Below the pieces are notes generated by a model. The model saw only the letters and a program-made list of their open reading frames with translations. It searched no databases and was not told where the DNA came from. Both the position numbers and the translations under genes were made by a program. Below are positions 25,791-34,280 of a stretch of DNA of 34,280 nucleotides, one piece after another. This stretch comes from a virus (lineage: Duplodnaviria; Heunggongvirae; Uroviricota; Caudoviricetes): the IMG/VR virus record IMGVR_UViG_3300020577_013140, positions 148,381 through 182,660 of that record; one strand, written 5' to 3'. Position 1 is the stretch's first letter; every line of letters starts with the position of its first letter.

Positions 25791-27074
25791 ATGTCCCTCA
25801 TGACGAGTAGTGACTTCAACAGCCGTATTAACCTACAAGCCTTTTGCGACAACAACGGTGTAAAAGACCAAACCTTCATCAAGATGCCTCGATTTGGGTG
25901 GTTCGCAGTGAGCGCGACCGATGGTCAAATACGTACCTTAATTGACTTCTTACCACTGGATGACATCGTGCCATTTTGCACTGACCTCATTCTCGAGAAG
26001 CCTCAGTACCATGAAGGGAAGATCTTTTACAATGAGATCGCAGTAGCGCGGTTGTGCAACGACATCCGTATCCAATTGACGCTCAGGCGGATGCATCAAG
26101 ATCTAATGACGGAGTTCAACGAAGGAGAAGTGCGTACAGATGGCAAGACGGGGAGCTTGGCCAAGATGTTCAAGGAAAACGGTATGGAGGCTTTTGCCGC
26201 TACCGGCGTCGGGTACATGAGCGATTCGATCTTCAATACCTACTACACTCCGCTCACGCTTCCACGGCATGTCCGCGGGAAGCTGATTCTACCGACGTGG
26301 TGCTCGCCTTCACACTTTTGTTCACTGGAGTCTGCCAAAGTGAGTGCGCCGCTTCAACGGCACACCTTCTTCATAAACGGCGAAAAGGGCTGGTACGGAA
26401 AACCAGAGAAAATGATCTATGGTAACCTCTCCAATCTGCTTACTCATCATGGCTGTACATGGGACCGTAAGCTGGACTATTGGGTTAACAAGCCAATCGG
26501 GTTGCACGATAAACTACAGGTAAACCAATGTCTACAGATTTGGACGCAGGCCCAGAATATCCGATTCAAGCAGCATCCGCTCGACATCATCGAAGGAGCA
26601 AAGGAACAGGGTAAGCTAAAAAACAACCTGGGAGGGCTTAATTACGTCCAGCTCTCAGAGCTAGAAAAAAGGTTCGGAATGAAGCTGGAAGGCTCCTGGC
26701 AAGCCCAGAAGCAAGCTTACGTAACGATTGGCCACATAAAGTTCGTGGCCAAAGACATGCGTTACTACGTCGAAGGTCACGATGGACAGCTACAAGAGTT
26801 CACCAACTTCTCGATGGAGATCAACTGCATCAAACGAAACAAAACCAATCAGCAGTTCTACCGGACTGGGGTTATCTACCACGAAGGGAAACAGGAACCG
26901 TTTGAGCTACTTAATGAACACTTCTTGACAGTCAGCGCATTCGTCCGGGCGATCAATAACTTCTTCCTATCCAGAGGGATCGGGATACCTATCATCTCCA
27001 GTTCTTACCGCGGGTATCTCCTAGAGGTAATCAATCGGTTGAACGCAGGGTGTATGATCGACCCGGTAGGGTAG
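25791..27074 (+). CDS. Hypothetical protein (weakly primase-like segments)
   Basis: 427 aa lone plus-strand ORF; VRGKLILPTW resembles the primase R[IL]IFP strand; no intact catalytic motifs seen. Confidence 0.7.
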   Translation: MSLMTSSDFNSRINLQAFCDNNGVKDQTFIKMPRFGWFAVSATDGQIRTLIDFLPLDDIVPFCTDLILEKPQYHEGKIFYNEIAVARLCNDIRIQLTLRRMHQDLMTEFNEGEVRTDGKTGSLAKMFKENGMEAFAATGVGYMSDSIFNTYYTPLTLPRHVRGKLILPTWCSPSHFCSLESAKVSAPLQRHTFFINGEKGWYGKPEKMIYGNLSNLLTHHGCTWDRKLDYWVNKPIGLHDKLQVNQCLQIWTQAQNIRFKQHPLDIIEGAKEQGKLKNNLGGLNYVQLSELEKRFGMKLEGSWQAQKQAYVTIGHIKFVAKDMRYYVEGHDGQLQEFTNFSMEINCIKRNKTNQQFYRTGVIYHEGKQEPFELLNEHFLTVSAFVRAINNFFLSRGIGIPIISSSYRGYLLEVINRLNAGCMIDPVG

Positions 27075-27111
27075 AAATAACCACGGCTTTCAAGTTGTTA
27101 TACCACAAACC

Positions 27112-27133
27112 ACCCCCCTAATACATGGGGGGT
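27112..27133. terminator. Stem-loop between convergent genes
   Basis: ACCCCCC-TAATACAT-GGGGGGT in the 63-nt gap between stops at 27074 and 27138; poor U-tract. Confidence 0.5.
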
Positions 27134-27137
27134 CCGG

Positions 27138-27674
27138 TTAAAAGAGCTGTCCGATGTCGGGGGTATTGGGGCCAGTGATTTCCGCCGGGACGCGTAGCTC
27201 ATCCGCAGTACCCCCCGGGCCAATAGCCGTCGGCTCACCATCCTGTATGCCGAGCTTTGGGTTTGGCGAAGCCGCAGAAAGCTCCAGGCTAAAGCATCCC
27301 CTAAACGGAGGCATGATTCGACCGGTGGTCTTATGCGCCGCTTGGACGACAAAGTAATAAACCCCTGCCGGCAACCTGCTGGATATGGTGGCAGGTATTG
27401 TGACCTCATACACCCCAGCAGGCTTATTTGCCGGGTGAGTCGTTATGTCCTGCTGAAAGATGACATTCTCGGCCATCTCCGATTTCTTGACCACAAAGGT
27501 AAGGCGATAGTCCCCCAACGTAATTGGCTCGTTGTCAGCATCAAGCAGGAACATGGGCAACACAATGTCGCTCCCCTGATAATGTGGCGTTGTAGCTGGT
27601 GGGGTGAACGACCACTCAGTCTGGGCGTAAACCGGGTCACGGACAAAAGTGAAGCTAGGAAGTCGAGTGTGCAT
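27138..27674 (-). CDS. Putative virion protein with BppU N-terminal-like Ig/beta-sandwich domain
   Basis: YQGSD...LLDADNEPITLGDY...FVVKK...GVYEVTIPATIS..LPAGVYYF pattern typical of BppU-like domains. Confidence 0.55.
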   Translation of the reverse strand: MHTRLPSFTFVRDPVYAQTEWSFTPPATTPHYQGSDIVLPMFLLDADNEPITLGDYRLTFVVKKSEMAENVIFQQDITTHPANKPAGVYEVTIPATISSRLPAGVYYFVVQAAHKTTGRIMPPFRGCFSLELSAASPNPKLGIQDGEPTAIGPGGTADELRVPAEITGPNTPDIGQLF

Positions 27675-27675
27675 G

Positions 27676-27969
27676 TTAAAATGTCTGTTGCGCTATCTGG
27701 GTGCCGGTCCTGACAAAGAACGCCACCTCATCTACTCCAAGGATACGTTTCATGTCTTGGCGTTGTCCAGCTGTCATATTGCGAAATGCTCCTTCAAAGG
27801 CCGTGCGATAAGTCGACAAATCAGGCTTCGCACCACAACACCCTTCTGAGTGCAAGTTGCGTTGCAGTAACGGACGAAGAGACTGCAGTGCCGGAAGCGT
27901 CTGCAGCTGTGGGTTTGCCTGCATCAGTGCCACAGCCGACTCAAGTGATGAGATAACAACGCGGTTCAT
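27676..27969 (-). CDS. Hypothetical protein (GCCG motif)
   Basis: About 97 aa from ATG 27969, ATGA-coupled to the upstream stop. Confidence 0.65.
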   Translation of the reverse strand: MNRVVISSLESAVALMQANPQLQTLPALQSLRPLLQRNLHSEGCCGAKPDLSTYRTAFEGAFRNMTAGQRQDMKRILGVDEVAFFVRTGTQIAQQTF

Positions 27970-29024
27970 ATTTGTGTTACAGGTCTTGCCGGGAGTGTCT
28001 TGCAAATGTCTTCCGTACCGAAGGTCAGTCCTACGTAAATACGGTGACGATCTGGGTCCGGATAGACAGCAATACGATTCCCGGGCAGTAAGTTGACAGC
28101 ACCGAAGTCTGTACGCGCAAACGCACTGTTAATGAAAGAGAGGATAGCCCCGCAGTCGGCAGGAGCATCTTCCCCGAAGATACGGTCACAACCTATAGGC
28201 TTACCCTGCCCGCGACCGGCAGTAATCTTCAGTGCGTTCGTAGCTTCGTTCACCGCCAGCGACAACTGGTACCCATCCAAGCAGTCAATGACTCCAGTAA
28301 GTGGAGTGTCACTGTTGAAGGACAAAGAAGTAACGCCGTGCCAGGCGCCATCCAATTGGGTAACCGTCGAGGGCTCAAAATACTGCTCCACAAAGTCCCA
28401 TCTCGATTTTACCCATTTGGCTGAGTTCCCCAACACCAACAAGCTGCCATCAGCGTTCCTCACATAGTAAGGGTATGTCGCAGTTGTATAGTCGGGGATC
28501 GTGAATAACGCCTGTCCTCCAACTGAGACACGTAAAGAGCTACCTTCGGGATAAATAGCTAAAAGCTTGCCCACCAGCTGAGGTTCTTCTGGCAATGTGT
28601 GATACACCAAATTGGCGTCCAGCAACACGCCTTCGAAATTGAAATTTGCTTCAGCCAAGGCATCTCCCGAGAAATTACGTTTTGTAATTGAGTACGAGTA
28701 ACTGGACGAGGAAAAAGGAAAAGCCTGTTTTACGTACAGAGTTGAATCCGTCATATCAGACGGACGAGGAGGGAGAATTACTTCGCTGTAACTTCCTTGG
28801 ATACCGATGAGATCACCGACGCCCACTTGGGTTAAGAACTGGGTTGAAACACCTTGGGCATCTTTACCTCCATTCAGTAAATAACCTCCAACCGACGCAT
28901 TGAATCCGCCCAAAGACACAGTACCAAGGCCTGCTACCTTGACCTCACGGCTCCTGGCAAAGCGAAGCGGATACGAACGAAATTCGTTTTCATTAAGCCA
29001 TTCAACAATGAGGGATTGAGCCAT
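27966..29024 (-). CDS. Putative structural (tail/baseplate) protein, paralog family
   Basis: N-terminal EWLNENEFRSYPL; beta-rich; C-terminal C...ILSFINS. Confidence 0.65.
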   Translation of the reverse strand: MAQSLIVEWLNENEFRSYPLRFARSREVKVAGLGTVSLGGFNASVGGYLLNGGKDAQGVSTQFLTQVGVGDLIGIQGSYSEVILPPRPSDMTDSTLYVKQAFPFSSSSYSYSITKRNFSGDALAEANFNFEGVLLDANLVYHTLPEEPQLVGKLLAIYPEGSSLRVSVGGQALFTIPDYTTATYPYYVRNADGSLLVLGNSAKWVKSRWDFVEQYFEPSTVTQLDGAWHGVTSLSFNSDTPLTGVIDCLDGYQLSLAVNEATNALKITAGRGQGKPIGCDRIFGEDAPADCGAILSFINSAFARTDFGAVNLLPGNRIAVYPDPDRHRIYVGLTFGTEDICKTLPARPVTQI

Positions 29025-29026
29025 GG

Positions 29027-29725
29027 TTATTCGTACTTTGTTACCGGTGAGATTACCTCATCAGACAATGGTACCACCACCGATAGTAAAACGCCATCCC
29101 CTTGAGGTGTCACCTTTACCAAGTCAGAATCTTCAATAAATAATGCGTTACCAATTGGAGTTACTCCATTGAGCGTCTTTAAGGGTGGCTGTTCCACTTG
29201 GTTCCCCAACCAGCCAGCATTCCAAGTTACCTGATTTCCAAGCTGATCGAAGAATATGGTTCGCAGTTGGGGTGTGGCTCCCGTAAAGACATTGACATCG
29301 CCTGAGTAACCCGCCAGGGAATAAAGCCCTCCGCGGCTACTTATTCCACGTACCACCGAAGGTAAGAACGCAATGTTTGGCTTTAAGGCTGCATCAAGGT
29401 GGGTTGAAAATAACGTCACGAGCCCTTGGCCAAAGACTAGCTGTCCCAGGTACCGTCCGCCAGCACGAAGCTCCACACTATAGCCAGGGAAATAATAGGA
29501 CGACGGGCGGGACACAACCACCGACACATCTCCAGCGTCAGTGGTAATTACGAGGGTTGCCTTTCCCTGCTTGATTGTAATCGACTTCAACACCGGCACG
29601 AAGCCATCAAACTGCACGAACGATGCATCCACAATGAAGTCTTGTGGTGTAAAGGCCTTAGCGAGCGGGTAGCTGCTGACGCTATGCTCGTTAGTCCATT
29701 CCAGGATTCCGATGGTGTTGTTCAT
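29027..29725 (-). CDS. Putative structural protein, paralog family
   Basis: N-terminal EWTNEHSVSSYPL; C-terminal LKTLNGVTP. Confidence 0.65.
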   Translation of the reverse strand: MNNTIGILEWTNEHSVSSYPLAKAFTPQDFIVDASFVQFDGFVPVLKSITIKQGKATLVITTDAGDVSVVVSRPSSYYFPGYSVELRAGGRYLGQLVFGQGLVTLFSTHLDAALKPNIAFLPSVVRGISSRGGLYSLAGYSGDVNVFTGATPQLRTIFFDQLGNQVTWNAGWLGNQVEQPPLKTLNGVTPIGNALFIEDSDLVKVTPQGDGVLLSVVVPLSDEVISPVTKYE

Positions 29726-29728
29726 ACT

Positions 29729-30568
29729 TCAAGGTCTGGTGTATTGAGGCCACGTCTTCCATTCGGGCACGACTGCCCTGGTTACGTCTTTCAGGTAAGT
29801 CGATATGGCAACCAATGGAGGGATACGCTTATCTTCAGCGCACAGCTCCTGACGGCTGACGTCCTGTACGTCGAGCGTTAGACCGATGGGCGTGACCCGC
29901 ACCTTAACAGGCGCGATGCCATAGATATCAATATTGCCGTGCTCGTCCGGCAACACACCGTTCATCGAACCGATCGGGTTGGTTGGACAATTGCCAAACT
30001 GTGCGCTTAGGTCGCCAGTCGCCCTTACAGAATCCTTGGAAACAACGTCCAATTGTAAGTCGGTTGGATTTACGATCCTTTGAACGTTTGATAGTTCAAG
30101 CCCAACGCGTCCGGTCAACGTCTTGCTACCTACGAGTAAAGAAGTCACCGCTGGTGGCACCACATAGGTAACCAGGCTATCTTCGAACATCATGTCATCA
30201 ACCCCAAATGTGTGTACTCCCTGAAAAGCGTCTAACGCCTCCAGGCGGCCGATGATCAACTGCCCATACACCCCAGGGTCGATTGGCAAGAAAGGCAGCG
30301 GTTGATAATCCGTTTTGATAAGCCCGTTGAAATACCCCAGATAGACTCTCTGGTTGTCCTTCGTTGCTGACACTAAGATGTTGATGTACTTACCATTAAC
30401 AGCAATACGGTTCATGGCCAGCTTTGAATATACGCTAGCCACGGAAAACTGCGCCGCACAGAACAAAGAAGAAGGGACAGGCGTACCTGCCTGTGACACA
30501 GACGAGGTATCCGCTCTTAGCGGGTAGCTACGCATTGTGTTTTTGTTAAGGAAATCAACGTGCAGCAT
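29729..30568 (-). CDS. Putative structural protein, paralog family
   Basis: N-terminal DFLNKNTMRSYPL; C-terminal CPTNPIGSMNGVLPDEHGNI. Confidence 0.65.
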   Translation of the reverse strand: MLHVDFLNKNTMRSYPLRADTSSVSQAGTPVPSSLFCAAQFSVASVYSKLAMNRIAVNGKYINILVSATKDNQRVYLGYFNGLIKTDYQPLPFLPIDPGVYGQLIIGRLEALDAFQGVHTFGVDDMMFEDSLVTYVVPPAVTSLLVGSKTLTGRVGLELSNVQRIVNPTDLQLDVVSKDSVRATGDLSAQFGNCPTNPIGSMNGVLPDEHGNIDIYGIAPVKVRVTPIGLTLDVQDVSRQELCAEDKRIPPLVAISTYLKDVTRAVVPEWKTWPQYTRP

Positions 30569-30569
30569 A

Positions 30570-32318
30570 TCAAGAGAAAGTAAGATTGTTCAACACCGTC
30601 TGCTGCCCACCAACCGTAAACGTTAACGAAAGGTTCACAGTTGCTGCTGTGGTTGCCTCCAGTTGGAAAGTCAAAACCGCTCGATCCGGATAGTTAATGG
30701 TACGGTTCGTGAATGCAACGGTTTTTCCAGCTGTCGTCAACACGGAGGCAGCCCCATTGTTGATCCGTAACTGCGGAGTCTTTGCGATGTGAACGCTGTT
30801 CACCACTGCCGAAAAGGAGGTTAGGCCAGACCAGCTTGGGTTGGAGTCAAACAGCTCAATCGAAATGGTGTGTACGTAGGTATTTGTGGTGCCGTACCGG
30901 ATGCCTCGCCGTGCACGAAGGTTGAAATAAGGACGAGGTGTAGGCATCAAGGTCTGGTACTTGAACGCAGTACCAACCAGGGCTGCCCCGTCGTAAGCCG
31001 ACAGTACCAACTTAACCCACTGGTCACTAGCAGTTGAAGGGATACTGGCAATGAAGTTCACCAGTGCGCTGCCTCGACAATCCACGCCCCTGGAGATTAA
31101 CAACGGTATCTTGTCATTCGTATTTGGGATAACCGGAGTCAGAGGATAAGCGTTGTTATCTTCATGCAACACCGGTGAGCCAGGGTACAACACCCAATTG
31201 GTCCAGGCAGGGTGGGAATCAAAGTAGCTGGAATCGACGATGCCGTTCGAAAATACAGCATCCAGGTTCATCGACAGTTTCTTTTTGTTTGGATCGTAAA
31301 TGCCTATTCCGATGGACTCGTATGCGCGGTTATTGAAGAGTGTCTTGGCTGTCTGACAATCGATATAAGGCGAAATCACCTGAGAGGTCTTGAGTGCCTC
31401 GTTAGCGGCTACCTGCAGTTTAAGCTCGTCTACTATGGTCTTTACATAGTCTCCCATGCGGTTGAGCCCGTCTTGCACTCGGTTGGCGTAATAGGCAAAC
31501 GCATTGACTTCTGTATTTGTACACTTTGGACGGCAGGTATGCTCGAACTTGAGCATATGGGCGGAGGGGAACGGAAGTGTCCGGTAGCAGTCCCCAGATA
31601 CAAAAACAAAGTCCTCGCCACCGATCCCGTTAATGCTCCTGATCACGTCTGTCGGCAAATCAGCACACGGGTCATAGAGCCCGGTACCTATTCCTTTTCT
31701 GACAATCATCCCAACATCGGAAACATGTGGCTCAAACCCGACGTTAGCCCCAGCCTGCAACGTGATGGCTCCGGAGGCAACTGGCGATATTATCGCTGAA
31801 GACTCTTTGACGTTCTTGAAAGCCACCTGAGATACATGAGGCTGCATCGGTACGATTGTACCGGGGTTCAGTTCAGCTGCAAAAACGCCTGTGGTAGGAT
31901 CTGCCTGGAAGTTCAACACCACACCGTAAGGGCTGCTGAAGAGTTGGGTCATTCCAGCGCCGGGTACAAACTTGATACGGTACTCTCCCACTGTCTCAAA
32001 GACCAGGCTGTAGGGCAGCAGTTGACTGTGATTTTTTGCAAACGTAACTACAGCGGTTGACCAGCTTGAAGTCGCCGGGTCAAAGCGAAACACGGAAAAC
32101 GTGAAACGCAAATTGCTGCCGTAGCCGTCTACGTATGTTTGTAGCCTGGTGAGCGCTACTCGGGATACCAGCTTATCAGTAGTAGTAAACTGAAAGTCAA
32201 GAAATACGTCGTTCGCCAAAGGCAACACCCCACTACCGTTTGGGCGCAACGAGGAGCCGTCCTTGAACGGATACGTTGTAAGAGAATTCTCTGTCAGATA
32301 TCCAAGTGGCGTAGGCAT
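30570..32318 (-). CDS. Putative structural protein, paralog family, with coiled coil and C-terminal beta-sandwich extension
   Basis: N-terminal GYLTENSLTTYPF; C...IRSINGI...DC...TCRPKC, then a heptad segment and about 270 aa of beta-rich extension. Confidence 0.65.
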   Translation of the reverse strand: MPTPLGYLTENSLTTYPFKDGSSLRPNGSGVLPLANDVFLDFQFTTTDKLVSRVALTRLQTYVDGYGSNLRFTFSVFRFDPATSSWSTAVVTFAKNHSQLLPYSLVFETVGEYRIKFVPGAGMTQLFSSPYGVVLNFQADPTTGVFAAELNPGTIVPMQPHVSQVAFKNVKESSAIISPVASGAITLQAGANVGFEPHVSDVGMIVRKGIGTGLYDPCADLPTDVIRSINGIGGEDFVFVSGDCYRTLPFPSAHMLKFEHTCRPKCTNTEVNAFAYYANRVQDGLNRMGDYVKTIVDELKLQVAANEALKTSQVISPYIDCQTAKTLFNNRAYESIGIGIYDPNKKKLSMNLDAVFSNGIVDSSYFDSHPAWTNWVLYPGSPVLHEDNNAYPLTPVIPNTNDKIPLLISRGVDCRGSALVNFIASIPSTASDQWVKLVLSAYDGAALVGTAFKYQTLMPTPRPYFNLRARRGIRYGTTNTYVHTISIELFDSNPSWSGLTSFSAVVNSVHIAKTPQLRINNGAASVLTTAGKTVAFTNRTINYPDRAVLTFQLEATTAATVNLSLTFTVGGQQTVLNNLTFS

Positions 32319-32324
32319 ACATGG

Positions 32325-33224
32325 TTATGTGCATTCGCAGCTGGCGCTGGACAACTGACCGAATTGTTTGGCCAACAAAGACACTTCATTATAATGCTCA
32401 CGCAGGGCCAACAAATCAGATTCCAATTGCATAAGCCGCTGAGTCAAGTCACCAATCTCGTTACAGCTTAAGCAAGGTTTGCAGCACGAGTCGGCTAAGT
32501 TCAGCCCTTTGAGGGTGCCGGCGGTAAGAGCCGAGAACCTTGCGCAGTCTGAAGCTGTTAGTTGGAAATTGCCATTTGCGTCTGGTGCAATACTATTGAT
32601 CGTCTTCAAACAAGGGCGGTCATCGGCGCAAGCTGCATTCAACCCCAAGCCATCCCCAGCGTCGATCGCGACTGTGGTACTGTTAATCTGACGAAACTTC
32701 GTATTTGTCTGTGCTAGGATTGTGACGTCTCCAGTTACTGACACCGAGGTACCATCGGCGTTCTTGAACACGAACCGGGAAATCGTGGCGAGACCTGGTA
32801 CGATCGTGCGCATCTCCAGCTCGGTGCTATCCTGGTCGAACACAAAAGTACCATACGGAAGCGAAAGCATGCTTGATACTTCCGCCACCGTTAATTTGCC
32901 TGTCGCTGCCGTGTAACTGGCAGAAGGTACCATGACATAGGTGTTATACCGCGTATGTGCTTGCGCGGCCACGCTAAACACACCAATGACCGTGCTTGTG
33001 CCATAGGCGGACAACTCGAGTTCGATCTCGTCTGGAGTGTTGATTACCTTCGAGATATAAACGCGCAAAGACGGGTCGGATGTGGCCGACACCAGCAAGT
33101 CAACCAGGAAGTCATCAGGCAGAGTGAACGCGCCTGACTGGTCCTGTCGCGAAGCTCCTTCCTTTATAGGGAAGTTTCTTAACGTGTTGGCGTTAAGAAA
33201 GTCGAAGTTTTCAACAATAGGCAT
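32325..33224 (-). CDS. Putative structural protein, paralog family, Cys-rich with C-terminal coiled coil
   Basis: N-terminal DFLNANTLRNFPI; CLKTINSIAPDANGNF...SCCKPCLSCNE, then a coiled coil ending SCECT. Confidence 0.65.
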   Translation of the reverse strand: MPIVENFDFLNANTLRNFPIKEGASRQDQSGAFTLPDDFLVDLLVSATSDPSLRVYISKVINTPDEIELELSAYGTSTVIGVFSVAAQAHTRYNTYVMVPSASYTAATGKLTVAEVSSMLSLPYGTFVFDQDSTELEMRTIVPGLATISRFVFKNADGTSVSVTGDVTILAQTNTKFRQINSTTVAIDAGDGLGLNAACADDRPCLKTINSIAPDANGNFQLTASDCARFSALTAGTLKGLNLADSCCKPCLSCNEIGDLTQRLMQLESDLLALREHYNEVSLLAKQFGQLSSASCECT

Positions 33225-33227
33225 AAA

Positions 33228-34280
33228 TTAGGTCAGTAGCCAGTGAACGTTTGAAACTCCCACCACACCGGTATAAAGCCCAGATGTGGGGTCGTTACGC
33301 AGTCTGGTAAGACGGAAGTTTACCGTTGCCTTAGGGCTAAGCGCCGAGATCGGGATACGAAACGAGGTCTGAGGTGTCTCGAACATCGTGTATTGCGAAT
33401 AAGCACTACCAGTAATCGGCAAGTCGAAGTTTACTGCTGGAATCGTAGTAATGTCGGAGGTCAGTGACTTGTTAAGATGAGCAACGGAGTACTCGAACTT
33501 AAACCTCACAGTCTTTGAATTCGATGCTGCTCCCGTTTTACCGAAGAGCATCATCATCAAGCTAAGATAGTTGCTTGTCCCGGCGACCAGCTGGTCCGGT
33601 AAGATGAACTTACCAGCAAACCCTGTGGCGGTCGTAGAATAGTCCAACGCTAGGAATGAATTCAATCCATAGTATTCAAAGCGCGATTGCTCGGGCTCGA
33701 GTTCTGTGATGGAATTAGCGTATGCGTTGGCGAATGTTACGGTACAAGTACCATTTACATCAGTCTCGATCTTCAGTCCACCACCGTTACGTATTTCTGA
33801 GATAACTGGACCCAGTGCGAGCTCCACCCGCTCCAGGGCAGGATTGTAGAACAGGCCTTTTACTGCCTGCCCTGTATTCAAACTTGTTGCTTGTCCGTCC
33901 CAACCATTAAGCACAGGCAGTTCGAGCTTAAGCTTCAGATCTCCAGTGATACCTGGTTTATCGGTGGTCAGGGATTTGACCTTGATCGCTGGTGTAGTGA
34001 CGGCGGGGTCAGCCTGCAAAGATGTCACCATACTTTGGCGTACATCAGGGTTCAGTTTTGTAAACTGCAGGTGCATTCGGGGGCGACTCGCTGGGCTACC
34101 TTTTGCAATACGCCAGAAGGCAGGCTTCCATTTCAGATGCCACGGGGCTGTGCCGGCGGTCGCCAATGTCAGTGTGACTGAAGGTGCGGCAGCAGTTGCA
34201 ATCGTGAAATAGTCACCGGAGATCGACTTGATGATATAATCGGTGGTGTCGTTCAACGGGGAAGGGAGTGCTCCGGCTGA
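33228..34280 (-). CDS. Partial (3' part) large beta-rich putative tail/structural protein
   Basis: The frame is open from the window edge (SAGALPSPLNDTTDY...), so the TTG at 34256 is probably not the real start; Thr/Ser/Gly-rich. Confidence 0.7.
   Translation of the reverse strand, partial: SAGALPSPLNDTTDYIIKSISGDYFTIATAAAPSVTLTLATAGTAPWHLKWKPAFWRIAKGSPASRPRMHLQFTKLNPDVRQSMVTSLQADPAVTTPAIKVKSLTTDKPGITGDLKLKLELPVLNGWDGQATSLNTGQAVKGLFYNPALERVELALGPVISEIRNGGGLKIETDVNGTCTVTFANAYANSITELEPEQSRFEYYGLNSFLALDYSTTATGFAGKFILPDQLVAGTSNYLSLMMMLFGKTGAASNSKTVRFKFEYSVAHLNKSLTSDITTIPAVNFDLPITGSAYSQYTMFETPQTSFRIPISALSPKATVNFRLTRLRNDPTSGLYTGVVGVSNVHWLLT

Noticed and set aside
1-34280. Stop-codon reassignment, tRNA genes, CRISPR arrays, DGR or retron elements, integrase or transposase
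   Set aside because: Long ORFs are intact in the standard code and TAA, TAG and TGA all end genes. Intergenic gaps are too short for arrays, and I saw no cloverleaf, reverse transcriptase or recombinase motifs by eye.

Overview
This 34.3 kb window looks like part of a large, divergent tailed dsDNA phage genome (standard genetic code, genes tightly packed, almost no Shine-Dalgarno motifs). From about 19.35 kb to the left edge is a nearly gap-free minus-strand gene run. It opens with three small basic proteins, one with two AT-hooks. Next is a Ycf46-type AAA+ / DUF3150-like / Ycf35(DUF1257)-like / DUF2997-like module, then Mre11/Rad50-like nuclease genes, an SF2 helicase, a P-loop kinase-like protein, a primase, a zinc-ribbon protein and a Pol-beta-type nucleotidyltransferase. 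It ends with a DnaB-like helicase and a family A DNA polymerase that has a degenerate N-terminal UDG-like domain and unusual active-site motifs. A GpA-like terminase large subunit sits alone on the plus strand behind a sigma70-like promoter. The right half holds an Rnl5/DRB0094-type RNA ligase, several hypothetical genes and a tandem array of at least five paralogous, probably structural proteins that share N-terminal and C-terminal motifs. I saw no tRNA, rRNA, CRISPR array, integrase or transposase. All family calls come from recognising motifs by eye; no database searches were run. The best candidates for an undescribed system are the phage-borne Ycf46 AAA+ module, the paralogous structural array and the atypical polymerase.
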